Shown here: in pieces, positions 12,945 through 25,269 of the stretch | How positions within the stretch are numbered: the stretch's first letter is position 1 | Layout: each line of letters begins with the position of its first letter | Assembly: GCA_030265395.1 (NCBI GenBank) | Contig: JARFYF010000112.1 | Location: forward strand, 62,684,983 to 62,748,982 | Direction of reading: 5' to 3' | Length of the DNA: 64,000 bases | Source of the DNA: Rhina ancylostomus | Taxonomy: Eukaryota | Program-made: the position numbers and the translations under genes | The notes under the pieces: generated by a model | What the model was told of the DNA's origin: nothing | What the model saw: only the letters and a program-made list of their open reading frames with translations | The model's database searches: none

Positions 12945-14104
12945 TCTGAATTTTAATTGTATCTGGATTGGAAAAATTACTCAAAAATTAGCTTTTTCTC
13001 CATCTTTACAAGAAGAATTGAAGATCATTCTTAAAAAAAAATTACATTTAGCATCTATCAAATAACACATTACATTTTATAATCAGTGATGGCTACAGCT
13101 TGTTTTAGTAATTTACTAGCAGCTTGTATTCTCTAAAATCAGAAAAGAATCTCTATTTGATATCTATTTATTGGTATTTGAGTTAATGCGTTCTGAGCAC
13201 TAAAGCTGTCCCTCTAGGATTTGTTGAGTCTACATATAGTAGTCCTATCTGAATAAAATTCTTGTACTTTATATTTGACAGTAATAGGTTATCATATTGA
13301 AGAACCAATGTTCTTAAAATTTTGGTTTTGCATTGGAAACCTGCACGGTCAACTGTTTATTTAAAAAACATTTTAATAGCAAAAGTACAAGTGAGATTAA
13401 AAATTGAAAAATCAGACTCATTACACACTTTGCCTGATGTTCATGAATATTGCTGAAATCATTTTGATACTTGTAATTTTAAAATTCCAAGAATTTCAGT
13501 ATCTTGGGCTTTTGTACTCTTACTTGCATCCATATGAAGTTTGGGTGTATTCCTAAATAATTTTGTGGATACTTGGGCTAACTTGACAATGACAGCAGCT
13601 TTGCTGAAATGTACAAGATATACCAAACTACAAACTCTTCACTCTGTTTAATTTCTGTCAGTACTCATTTTGCTCCTCCACTTGCCAAGCCACTTTGTTC
13701 AGTCAGTTCAACAGAATAGTTAAATACTGTATTGTAACCTATTGAGGATTATTGGTAGGTGCGAGCTTGATTTTAATGGTCTCATTTGCCCTATCATTCA
13801 CTCGCTTCAAATGTGAACTTGTCATTCAGGGACTCGTAATTTGCAAAGGTATTATGCTCACTATTCAACAATTTATTCATAATATTTGCAAGAAAAATCT
13901 GTTCTGTTNNNNNNNNNNNNNNNNNNNNNNNNNNNNNNNNNNNNNNNNNNNNNNNNNNNNNNNNNNNNNNNNNNNNNNNNNNNNNNNNNNNNNNNNNNNN
14001 NNNNNNNNAAGAAAAATCTGTTCTGTTAATGTGGTTCACTCAAGTATAGAATAGCTGGACCTGAAGAATAAAACATAATCATAGGAACTAAATGGGGATA
14101 AAAA

Positions 14105-14475
14105 GGGGTCACAGAGGCACTACAGGTACTGTGGCTACTTGTAGCTCCAATGACCTGAGTTTGGTCCTGACCTTCAGAGTTGTCTGTGAAAAGTTTGCAT
14201 GTCCTCTTTGTAATGAACTGGGTTTTCCTCCCAGGTGCTCCGGTTCCCTCCCATATCCTACATCCCAAAAATGGTGCTAGTTATGAGGTTAATTGGCTGC
14301 TGTAAATTGCCTGTAGTGTGGATGAGTGGCAGGAGAATCAATGACGTGTTAATGGGTATGTGTGTGAGTAAGTTTTAAAGAAGTAAGTAGGGAATAGGAT
14401 TGATAGAATTGCTTCACGAGCCAGCATAATGGACTGAATGGCCTCCTTTAGTGTTATAAAGAAATATTTGATATG
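14105..14475 (+). mobile_element. HE1-type V-SINE (tRNA-derived, CR1-type tail)
   Basis: Decayed tRNA-like head, V-domain core agtttgcatgtcctc..gggttttcctcccaggtgctccggttccctccca..ggttaattggctgctgtaaattgcc, and tail atggactgaatggcctcctt. Confidence 0.8.
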
Positions 14476-14799
14476 AAGTATCTAAATTTACCTGTGTATA
14501 TATAAATATGAAAGAAATGATCTGACAGGCAGAGTTTACTTTTCCTTGAGGACTAGTAATGCTGATACTTCAAATAATTCTAAATGTGGTTTGATTATGA
14601 CCAGTTATAACATCAGAACTGAATTTCATTGGCTATTGTAATCTTGAAGAGACTGGTTATGACGTGAAATCTGTCATCAAATGGTATTAAAACCTAGCAG
14701 TGTTGGACATTTTTTTGGGATTTAGCTGTGAAACCTGTAGGTGCTAGAAATCTTGGAAGATGACCATCATTTCCAAGTGTGCTTCCTTTAGTGCTGTGG

Positions 14800-15320
14800 G
14801 ATGTAGATTATCAAACCCAGTAAATTTGTCAGCCATTAACTCCATTAATTTCCATAGCACTATTTCTTTACTAACACTGATCTCCTTTGAATCCTTCCTC
14901 TCTCTAGACTCTTAATTCCCAAATATATTTGACTGTAGGTACCTACATTTGTTTTCGTTAATCTTCTTTTCCTTGTATGTTTTTAAAGGTTTTTAGTCAG
15001 TTTTTAATGTATACTACAGCTTTACTCCCATACTCCATCTTCCCTCTTAATCTTTTAGTCATTACTGAATTACAAATTGCAGCCGATCTTCAGGGCTGCT
15101 GCATTTTCAGAACTGTATATGCCTTCTCTTTAAATCTATCCTTAATTTCCTTTTAAGCCATGGTGTAGTACTATTTCCTGGCATATTATTGTGCTGAGCA
15201 GGAAAGAATAATTGTTGTAATTCATGTATACATTCTTTAAGTATTATCCACTGTCAATACTGTTAACAAAGTTCCCCAATCTATCATAGCCAGTTTGCAC
15301 TTTATACTCTCATAGTTTCA
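14800..15320 (-). mobile_element. Old CR1 ORF2 internal fragment
   Basis: Nucleotide blocks (tccattaatttccatagcactatttctttactaacactgatctcctt; gttccccaatctatcatagccagt) resemble reverse-strand CR1 ORF2 between endonuclease and RT; no intact frame. Confidence 0.5.
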
Positions 15321-15759
15321 AGGGCTATTGTGTGGCACAAAGTTTTGTATTCTGAATGTTTGTTTCTTCCCCCTGAAGAATAAACACTGGCAAAGTGAAG
15401 TTCATTTAGTATGGAAAGCATCTTGGGAGTATCAAAGCGGCAAAACACAACTCTTAATGCCCCTTTTGAATATCTTGAAATTGTTTCCATAATAATCCAA
15501 GATTCCTACACTGTCAAAATTCTGGAAACCAGATACTGCCTTTGCAGACTTCAGCAGCCAGATAGTTGGCAAATTCACTTAAGAACCTTGGGGTTGATAG
15601 TTGGCCATGTCTTATTTGCTTTTTGAAAAGCCCACCTTTATGGCTACTGGAACTAAACCTCTTCTGTAACAGTTTTCCAAATTTTGTTTTTAACTAGAAG
15701 GACATATTCATGATTGTTGTCAGCAATCAACCATTTTTTTCTGTGTAACTGTCAGTCCC

Positions 15760-16075
15760 TCACTAATCTACCAATATCTTCTTTGACTGAAGCCTGCCTC
15801 AGCAAGATTCAATGGTCCCCTTTGGTTTACTAATGCCTATTAATATCAATCAATACATATAAATTGTAAATACAACTGGGCAAAACACAACTTGTGGAAC
15901 ACTGCACTCAGCACTTGTCCTCATTCTGAATAGCTCCTCGGACAATTAGTCACTGTTTCCTACCTCTTTTCTGCATTACTTTGTATGTCAAGTTTGTGTA
16001 ATACACCTTCTTTCTTGAATAGCAAGCACAGCATGTCATAGGATTTTTTTCTGCATCCCATTCAGTTAATTTCTC
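15760..16075 (-). mobile_element. Very old CR1/L2-type RT remnant, next to the Tc1 insertion
   Basis: Reverse strand of ~15850-15910 gives SVPQ then, frameshifted, PVVFTIYM: a decayed [18 protein letters not shown] motif. Confidence 0.4.
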
Positions 16076-16093
16076 AACATACATACATACATA

Positions 16094-16636
16094 CAGTGGC
16101 ATGCAAAAGTTTGGGCATCTGTGGTCAGAATTTCTGTGAATAGTTAAGTGCGTAGAAAATGAACTGATCTCAAAGTCATAAAGTTAAAGATGAAACATTC
16201 TTTTCAACATTTAAAGCAAGATTAGTGTACAATTTTTGTTTTGTACAATTTTAGAGTGGGGAGAAAAGGAAGGAGCCACCATGCAAAAGTTTGGGCACCC
16301 CAAGAGATCTGAGTTCTCAGAAAATCCCCCAAACAAGAATTGAAAGACTCTTACCTAGCTACAGAAAGTGTTTACAAGCTGTGATACTTGCCAAAGGGGG
16401 TGTTACTAAGAACTGACCATGCAGGGGGCCCAAACTTATGCTTTGGGCCCTTTTCCTTTTTTGTTATTTTGAAACTGTAAAAGATGGAAACAAAAAAGTA
16501 ATCTTGCGTAAAACATTAAAGCAATGTGTCATCTTTAACTTCATGCCTTTTGGAAATCAGCTCATCTTTTACTCGCTTAGCTATTCACAGTAACATAAAT
16601 TTTGACCAGGAGTGCCCAAACGTTTACAGGCCACTA
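16094..16636 (+). mobile_element. Internally deleted Tc1-family DNA transposon with long IR/DR terminal repeats
   Basis: Starts TA|CAGTGGCATGCAAAAGTTTGGGCA and ends TGCCCAAACGTTTACAGGCCACTA|CA. Imperfect TIRs of ~205 bp each carry two direct repeats: catgcaaaagtttgggca at 16100 and 16280, inverted copies at ~16427 and ~16613. 16321-16416 encodes the transposase C-terminus KIPQTRIERLLPSYRKCLQAVILAKGGVTKN*. Confidence 0.93.
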
Positions 16637-16785
16637 CACACAGACAGACTACATAGATAGATCTATCTTCTGCATCCTCTGCAAGTTTGTTGGGCTGTGC
16701 TATACTAGGAATTTTCTAAGTGTGCTTCTGATGTAAGGCTAGTGGCCTTGTTGCATTAAAGTTTTCTCGCAGTGGCATATCAATT

Positions 16786-17730
16786 ATCATAGAGTCACAG
16801 ATTGGACAACATAGAAACAGGCCCTTTGGCCCACCGTGTCGATGCTGACCATCATGCCTATCTATACTAATCCCACTTGCCCGCATTTATTTCATAGCTG
16901 TGCCCTGCTCATTCAAGTACCTGTCCAGATGCCTCTTAAATGTTGTTACTATTCCTGTCTGCATCACCATCAACAGCTCATAAGACACCAATTACCCTTT
17001 GTGTGAAAAATCTACCCCTCAGTTCCCCTTTAAACTTCCTCCCTTCACCTTAAATCTATGCCCTCTAGTTTTAGACACCCCTCCCATAGGAAACGCACTC
17101 TGGCTATCTACCCGATCTATGCCCCTCATGATTTTTCTAAACCTCTATCGCATCACCTTTTGACCTTCTTCGCTCCAGGGAAGAAAAAGGACCCAACCAT
17201 TCCAATCTCTCCTTATAAACTCAAGCTCTTCAATCCAGGCAATATCCTTGTAAATCTTTCCAGCACCCTCTCTAACTTGATCACTTCTTTTACTGTACAG
17301 TGGTGACCAGAACTGCACACAATACTCCCAAGTGCAGCCTCACAACTGTAACATGATGCCCCAACTCTTGCACTCGATGCCTTGGCTGTTAAAGTAAGCA
17401 CGCTATGTGTCGTCTTCACCATCCTGTCTATCTGCATTCCCACTATCAGGGAACTATGTACTTGTACCCCTAAGTCTCTCTGTTCAATAATACTCCCCTG
17501 GGCCCTGCCATTAACTGTCTTGATTTTGTGTAACTTCCCAAAATGCAATCACTTCACATTTGTCTGAGTTAAGTTCCATCTGCCATTCTTTTGCCCACTT
17601 TCCCAGTTGATCAATGTCCTGTTGTAACCTTGGACAACCTTCTTCACTATCCACAATGCCACCAATTTTGGTGCTATCTACAAACTTACTGATCATGCCA
17701 CCTACACTTCCATCTAAATCATCAATATGT
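16786..17730 (-). mobile_element. 5'-truncated CR1 (HER1-like) LINE, RT C-terminus plus 3' UTR
   Basis: ORF fragments ISKFVDSTKIGGIVDSEEGCPRLQQDIDQLGKWAKEWQMELNSDKCEV and EQRDLGVQVHSSL..LERVLERFTRILPGL. CR1 3' hairpin/tail present. Possible TSD catatc(a/c)at at 16776 and 17731. Confidence 0.92.
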
Positions 17731-17747
17731 CATATCCATAAAAAATG

Positions 17748-17824
17748 CACCTGCTGAGTTCCTCCAGCACTTTTTGTGTGTGTGTTGCTCCAGATTCCAG
17801 CATTTGCAGAGCCTCTTGTGTCTC
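17748..17824 (+). mobile_element. Penelope-like terminal-repeat tail (no hammerhead part)
   Basis: cctgctgagttcctccagcac..gctccagattccagcatttgcagagcctcttgtgtctc, the same tail as the 12812 and 51100 copies. Confidence 0.7.
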
Positions 17825-18228
17825 AGTTATGCACTATACTGTGAAACCTCACACAGCTCCAGGTACTTTGTATGGTCATTTTTGTATTGGTGCTTCCTGG
17901 GTTCAGTGGTGTGCATATGTATTTAAGTTTGTCCGCTTTTGGCTGGGCTTTGCAGATGCATCAAACACACTGTTTTGTGTTGTTATTATATTTAATGATT
18001 ATTGTGCCCCTGTTGGTCCCTCCCCCGAACTGGGTTGCATATCAGGGTCTCCATCTGGTGTGTTGAGGTTTAAGTCTAGGGACCAAAGATAATGACCTGG
18101 ATTTGGTCAGTAAGTGCTGGCATTTACCCATTTACTCAGTGGCAACTATGGGACTTGCACAAATGTGTCCTCGACCATGAAAATCCCAACTTTGCTGTTG
18201 GTGCTTTTTGTTTTAATGTGCTCTGCTG

Positions 18229-18393
18229 AAACAAGCAATCTGGAGGAACTCAGTGGGTCAAGCAGCATCTGTGGGAGGAAAGGAATTATTGATGTTTTGG
18301 GTTGAAATCCTGCATCAGGACCAAAGATGCTGCATGACCCGCTGAGTGTTTGTTGTTCCAGATTCTAGTATCTGCAGTCTCTTGTGTCTCCCC
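18229..18393. mobile_element. Head-to-head inverted Penelope-like terminal repeats with degenerate hammerhead on the - strand
   Basis: The - strand copy 18229-18322 reads ggtc-CTGATGC-aggatttcaaccc-AAAAC-ATC plus tail. The + strand tail spans 18325-18393. Candidate TSD tgct(c/t)tgctg at 18219 and 18394. Confidence 0.75.
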
Positions 18394-19077
18394 TGCTTTG
18401 CTGTTATACTCTGTATGGAGTCCAGTGGCAAAGTTGGACCTCACTGAGTTTACTTGGGATTTAATCTTGATGTTTGACTGTTATGTTGAGCCTATGCTGC
18501 CTTTTATTATTGTGGGGACAAAAGTAACTTCTAAATCTTCGTAACTTATCAAAATTGAAATAATTTCTGAGCAAATATGAATGACTAACATGCAAAAGCT
18601 TCTAAAATTACTCAGTTTTGACAGCAGGAAATTCAGGAGGGCTGAGCTTTGCTGCTGTTAAAGTTGCCCCGGGGATTTTTAGGGACATGGCTCCTGTTGC
18701 TACTCTTGACCAGTTAAGACTTGGTGGGGGAGTGGGTGGTAACCAGCTGCAACAGACCTGTCCCTGCAATATCTAGGCCTGCTGAAATTTATTTGTCTTT
18801 GTGAGTCTGCACAAATCATTGCAGTTCCCTGATGATCAATAACAACTCGTCACATACAGGCAGTAGCTTTATAAAATGTAAGAACTGCCAATGAAGAAAA
18901 TCTCAACATCCACTCAAAGCGACCATTCATAAACTATATAAAACTTTTCAACCTATTCAAGTAAGATAGGTTNNNNNNNNNNNNNNNNNNNNNNNNNNNN
19001 NNNNNNNNNNNNNNNNNNNNNNNNNNNNNNNNNNNNNNNNNNNNNNNNNNNNNNNNNNAAAAACAATCACACTTGCC

Positions 19078-19376
19078 TACATAGAACAGTACAACACAGG
19101 AAGAGGCACTTTGGTCCACGATATTGTGCCAAACTAATTAAACACCTAACTAAACTAATCCCTTCTGCCTACACAATATCCATATCCCTCCATTCTCGCA
19201 TATTCATGTGCCCAACTAAGAGCCTCTTGAACACCTGTATCATATTTGCCTCCACCACCACCCCTGGCAGTGCATTCCAGGCACCCACTACTTTCTGTGC
19301 AAAGGAAAAACTTACTGCACACATCTTCCTTGAACTTGCCCCCTCTCACCTTAAATGCATGCCCTCTAGTATTAGA
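19078..19376 (-). mobile_element. CR1 LINE 3' end
   Basis: Translation NTRGHAFKVRGGKFKEDVCSKFF; CR1 3' UTR and catagaacagtacaacacagg tail. Confidence 0.88.
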
Positions 19377-19649
19377 GATATTCATGTTGTGTTAGAAATA
19401 TCTATGAGGGTTTTCCTGCCAAGACCTACTATTCAGTCTGAAACTTGGTCTTGAATTGTCCTGGGCAGTCTTACAGTAAAGGTTTCCAGAAGGTGTGCAT
19501 AAAATTAGTGGCATGGGGAGAGAGATGTACAATATAGCAATTTTAATTCTTACCTCACTGTTGTAAAGCTCTTGCATGCATTTCTCATAATGGCAATCAA
19601 GAAGAAAGCGTGGAAGAATTGTATGCCTGGGTATTTATTGGCGCTAGAG

Positions 19650-20020
19650 GAGATGCATTAAAAAGTTACTGCATTGGGTGCCAGTGATGCATCTGCCACT
19701 TCAAAATTCAATAGCACTTGAGGTTCTGGCATTGGGCACCAATGAAAAGCCCTTACACATTGACAAATGAAAGTTATGAGGTGACTCTGGGTCCTGGTTA
19801 GTGGAATGGTATCAAGCCTGGGCTTTGGTTGAATGAACTGCATTAAGACCAAAGTAGCATCTCTGGGAGAATCGGAGTTGGAAGGTGGGGGCCATTGAGC
19901 TTGCAATGAGGAGTCGAAAGCTGAACTTGGTGAGTGGGAGAAGTAGTGCCCTTGTTTGTGAACCCAAGGAAGTGGGAAATCTATCAGTGCTGGCACCTGA
20001 TCAAGGATCAGTGCTGTTAA
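19650..20020 (-). mobile_element. Possible very old L2-type LINE remnant
   Basis: Purine-rich + strand. The - strand peptide RLDTIPLT resembles the L2 xLDPIPT motif; otherwise weak. Confidence 0.3.
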
Positions 20021-23000
20021 AAGTTAATTGTTTTGAGATGGTGAGGAATGTTGTGTGAGAAATTGCTTCTTTCCATTATCACCTGACATGGGAATCACAT
20101 TGATAATTGACAATTGGAAGTGAACGATTGAATGAATGTTCATCATTCATCATAAACATGTTTCACTTACGAAATAATTTTCATATGTGAAGTGTGGGGG
20201 TGGGGAAGCTGCACTACTGAATGTCTAAGCCATTGTTCTTCCAAGTACAATGTGAGCTGAGCACTGCAAAGTGCTATGTAAGCTGAAGTGGTGATGTATC
20301 AAACTGGTAACAAGCATCAAGGAAGATATGAATATACAAAGTAAAAGGTTTCAATGCTTTCCCTGGTGCTTAATGTGCACTTATCCATTACAAATTCTTG
20401 AATCTGTTTCACATGGGTTTTGGTGAAAAGGTTTGAAAATACCAGCGACGCTTGAGACATTTTGATTCTGACCACAACATTAGCTAACCAATTTTTACTC
20501 CAAGTTTGGCTGAGTGTCGCAACTGACCACCTATTGCAAACAGTTCAGGGGGAGAGTTTACCTTTTCTATGCTTGAGCTTTGCCACTTTTAAAGTTTGTA
20601 TTTCCAAAGCTTCCATAAAATTTGTATTTTGTTCTAGTCCTTATTTGTTCTATACTTTCCTCTTCTGAAGAAATATGCTTCCTCAGTTGAGAACATCACC
20701 TGGTATTTCAGGCAGTTTGGCTTTTTGTGTGTGTTTGAAAAAGCATTGCAAAACAATGTCAAAAAACCCAACCTGGTTTCCTCTTCTGTATTTCTATTCT
20801 CCACTTTTGACAAGATTGTTTTGATTAGTGAGGATTGTATTGTAAGTGTAGCTGAACTGGGTTGGCACAGAAGTAGTATAAACTTAGAACTTTGCTGCTC
20901 TGTGAAGTTCAGTTGATCCTTGGATAAATTAGTTCATCTACAGAGAGAGCCATCAGCCATTTAATATATTAGATTTGATGATGGAATCACTTTCAGTCAA
21001 ATTGATGATGATAATGCATAACATGTTCTTACATTGTTCTTTTGTCATATATTTTAGTTGCACCATTAATCTGTTTAAAATGGCAAAAACCTCTTAAAAT
21101 GGCAGGCAGAGTATTGTCATATGTGTCTGTTAAGCAATCTTCATCTATTATTTAGGCTGTTGTCTATAAGAGAGTCAGCATGTGGTTGCTAAGTAGGCTT
21201 TCTAGAACCCGTTTTTGAAAGGGTTCATTTGGCAAATCAGCATATCTGCCAAAACTATTTAATGTGCTTTATAGTTTATAATTTTCCAGAGCTGCAGTAA
21301 AGCGGTCATTGAACCTCAGGGAGGAAGAGTTAAACTGGGGAAAGAATTAGCAGGAGCAAGCTAATTTATCACCATTGAATGCCTCGTCAGTTTGATGCAA
21401 TTAAAAATTGCCTTAGCAATATTAAGTACTTAAGAGCTGCAATGCAACATGACAAATTTGTTAATAAGTTTAAAATGAATAGAATAATTTGTCATACTGC
21501 ATATACAGTTTTTGCACCAGAGGGCTTCTATTTGATTCCATTTCCTCAATATCTTATAGATTATAATGGGGGAAGGGGGAGGGAGTTTATGTACTTGGTT
21601 TCACTTAAATCCATTTGCATGGTCTAATCTGCTTTTAGTTTTGTGGCTAGGGCCAATAGTCATGTTCTATGTATGATCATGAAATGCATGTTGATCTCGT
21701 ATATGTTCCTTATTTAAAAAAATTGCAGAGAAAATAATTTATCACAGTGCAACAATAAACTCATGGAAACCTGTCAAGAGAGCTATTGATGTTTCTAAAA
21801 GCAATTGTGGGTAAATATCTTATCCAGGTATTTTAATTGAGTTATGCATACATACACATTTGGAATCTATAACAACTTTTTGTACCAAGAGCAAATTGTT
21901 GGGACAAAATTGCTTCTTGTTACTTTTTAGGAAACAGTGCATAGCTAAGTTGAAGTTGCTCATAACTGAAACTTTCTACTGCTGATTGCACTATAANNNN
22001 NNNNNNNNNNNNNNNNNNNNNNNNNNNNNNNNNNNNNNNNNNNNNNNNNNNNNNNNNNNNNNNNNNNNNNNNNNNNNNNNNNNNNNNNNNNNNNNNNNNN
22101 NNNNNNNNNNNNNNNNNNNNNNNNNNNNNNNNNNNNNNNNNNNNNNNNNNNNNCTGGTGAATGACTCATCTAGAGAATTCATTGAGACTATTCCCTTGAC
22201 TAGTTTGGTCAGTTGCTTTGTCATATCTTGCACTGCTTGTACAGGAACGAAGTACAGTCCTGCCATAGAGTGTCAGCAACAGAATGAAAGGATTCTGCTT
22301 TTTTATGGTGAATGTAAATGAACTATATCATTGGATAGAAATGTGAACAGAAACGATAGGCTCCTCATCACTTCCACGAGACCTCATCACATAGCACATC
22401 ATTCTTGGATGTATAGCGCCTTTTCTTTTTTATGTCTTTAGCTCTCAATTCTGATTTCCCTGTCTACTCCATGTAATGGTAACCTGGGCATAAGAACTGT
22501 ACAGTTCAACGAAGCTCGATCAATGCCATATCGGGGGAACAAGGGATGCACAAAAATGTTGCATAGTCAGCATCACCTATCAACAAGAACTGTTATTTTT
22601 TTTTAATCCATGGGAAAAGAGTGAAACTGGAATGCAATTCACTTCCAATTGTTACTGCAGGGACAGTAGAGATATGGTCCATAGTTGCTGGCCAAAAACA
22701 AGAGGCCTAGGAATTCATTGGTAGCCATAAGGGAAAGTTAATCCATCACTGTACTACACTTCAAAATCAGCAGCATGGGTACAACTGAACAGTCCTTGCA
22801 CACATGCCTTCTCATGCTCAGACATGCAGTGCTTGTGCAGGGAAATCCAAGCACTGGGATCACGGAGAAAGCAGGACGTATTGGTTTCGTTATTGAATCT
22901 GGGCCGAGGGGTGGGACCAATTCAAGGCTGGGTAACAAGAAGGTTTAGGAGATTGGTGAGTGGAATTGTGTGTGTATAGGAAAGAGAGGGAGCTGGTGAG

Positions 23001-24287
23001 ATCAGCATTTGATTGGCTGGTGTTGTCAGGAACTTTTCAGGTAGGGGTTTGCATTGAGAGTAAGGGGTAGTGAAAAAGAGTGGCATTCTGTACACGTCAG
23101 GATGTTGGAGTGTGTGCGTTCAGCATGCGCTGACGACAGCAGGAGATTCAATTGTGTATAGGGACTATGCTATGCTTGTCAGGAGATGAGTGGTGATGAT
23201 AGAATGGGAAAGGTCAACCACACTATTGGCCTCAAGGGGAGAAAGTAAGTATTTAAATTAAAGGTGACCTATATGAGTCAGATTCCCAAAACCAGAACCA
23301 ACTCAGTTGGGTCCCCTTCAATTTAATTACTTGTTCCCTTCCAGGACCTTTTAAAGCATTCCTCTGCAGATCAAGCAACATTACTAAATCGTGGTTATTC
23401 CAAGGGTATCCAGTGACAGACGAGCCTCAGAGTTGCTTGGATTACTTTCTCTGGCAACAGGCTAAAAGGTCTGGAAATTACAATGTTGCGCTCCATTTTT
23501 TTAAAAAAGTATTTTTATTCACTCTTTGCTTTTTTTAAAAAAAAATTCAGCACTGTATGTCAAAAACGTCTGCAACAGAATGCATTTTTGAGAGGATTGG
23601 AGGCAAGGAATAAATTAAAGGCATATATTTTGGTTTTGTATTAACTTTGAAAATGTATATTTTATTACAGCGGTTCTTTACAATATAGCTTTTATTTTCT
23701 GAAGGTAGTTTTGGAAAATGTGCAAATTGAGAAAATTAACATTTTAAAGATGTAATATGCTCTTATGGAATTAAAATATGTGGAAATAAAATATGTGATC
23801 TTCATTATTTATCATGCTGAAAACAATCCAAAATGTCACAGCTAAGTTAGCTAGCTTAACTAAATTTAAACACCATGCAACGTCCGCTACAGGGTAAAGA
23901 CTACCATGTTCCTCTTATACTGGGATCACACTAGGATTCACAGCAGCCTCAGAAGTGTTTTAACCATGCTAGTTTGATATTCACTGCAATGATCTTCAGA
24001 GACCAAATCCAATTCTGTATATTAATCCCATAACTACAATTTGGCTGCTGTTTTATTTAGATTTGTTCTGTCCCTTGTCACTCTGTTTTCCTCTGTCAGC
24101 CCTTTTGAGAAAAAGGCATTGGGTCTTAGAAAATGCAGTAATGTGCCTGATCTGTTTAGCCACTATTTTAAAAAGCCTGTTCGGTCCTCTTATAGTATGG
24201 TTAGTTATTGCCTCCTCCAAGTTAACAAGTTGATCACAGATTTGGTTGAAAAATAGAATTGTAGAGTTTTTTTTAAATGTAAGAGAT

Positions 24288-24915
24288 GGCAGGTACAGGA
24301 ACCAATTAGGAAGGTAAATAGTATGTTGACCATTAGTGAAACAGGATTTGAGTACAAGAGTAGAGACATCTTACTCCAATTATATAGGGAGCTTGTGTGC
24401 CCACAGCTGGAATGTTTTGTGCACATCTGGCCTCCTTACCCAGGGAAAGATGCTCTTGCAATGGAGGGAGTGCACCGAAGCTGGGATGGTGGATTTGTTG
24501 TAGGAGCTGAAATTAAGTAAATTGGACTCTTACTCCCATGAGTTTAGAAGAATGAAATATATAGAACTTGATAGGCTACATACAGGGATGATGTATCCAC
24601 TGGCTAGGGAGTCTCATCCACTGTGTCCAAATATGAAGTTTGCCATTCAGAAGGGTTGAGAAATGTCATTGCCCAGTGGGGAGTGATTTTTTTAGAATTT
24701 TCTACCCCTAAGGGCTATAGATGTTTAATTGCTGAATTTATTCAACTAAGAGATCATTAGATTTTTAGATATGAAGTGAATGCAATTAGTGCAGAGAAAT
24801 GGCACTTAAGGTAAAAGAGCAGCTATGATCTTATTGAATAGTGGAGCAATCATGAGTGGGGAGCAGGGGGATGTGAATATGTTCCTACTGTCTTTTCTTG
24901 CATATGTTTTGTGTG
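24288..24915 (+). mobile_element. Decayed CR1 LINE 3' portion
   Basis: GFEYKSRDILLQLYRELVCPQLECFVHIWPPY (CR1 LYxxLVRPHLEYxxQFWxPY motif), followed by 3' UTR agctatgatcttattgaatagtggagca. Confidence 0.85.
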
Positions 24916-25269
24916 TTTTTAGCAATGTTGCCCTAACAAGGCAACGTATGTGCTAACATGAATACTTTTCAAACATATTATTAGCTGTTTTCTGACTCCA
25001 TTTTGAACTTGCTGTTAAATTTTCAACCAGAGGTAAATGTGAATAGAATAATCATTGTACATTAACCTTGTTAACTATTATTGTAACCAATTTTTTCAGA
25101 GCTATAAAAATAAAGGGGTACTCAGGGAAGAGGTAAGAATTTAAAATGTTAACAAGGCTCAAACTGAAAATCAGGAAGTGATCATTTATATACAACAGTT
25201 ATTTCCTTGGTATACTCTCCAGAGAAGAGATGAGCAACTTGCCCTCTTGAAATAGCAGTAACCCAAGTA

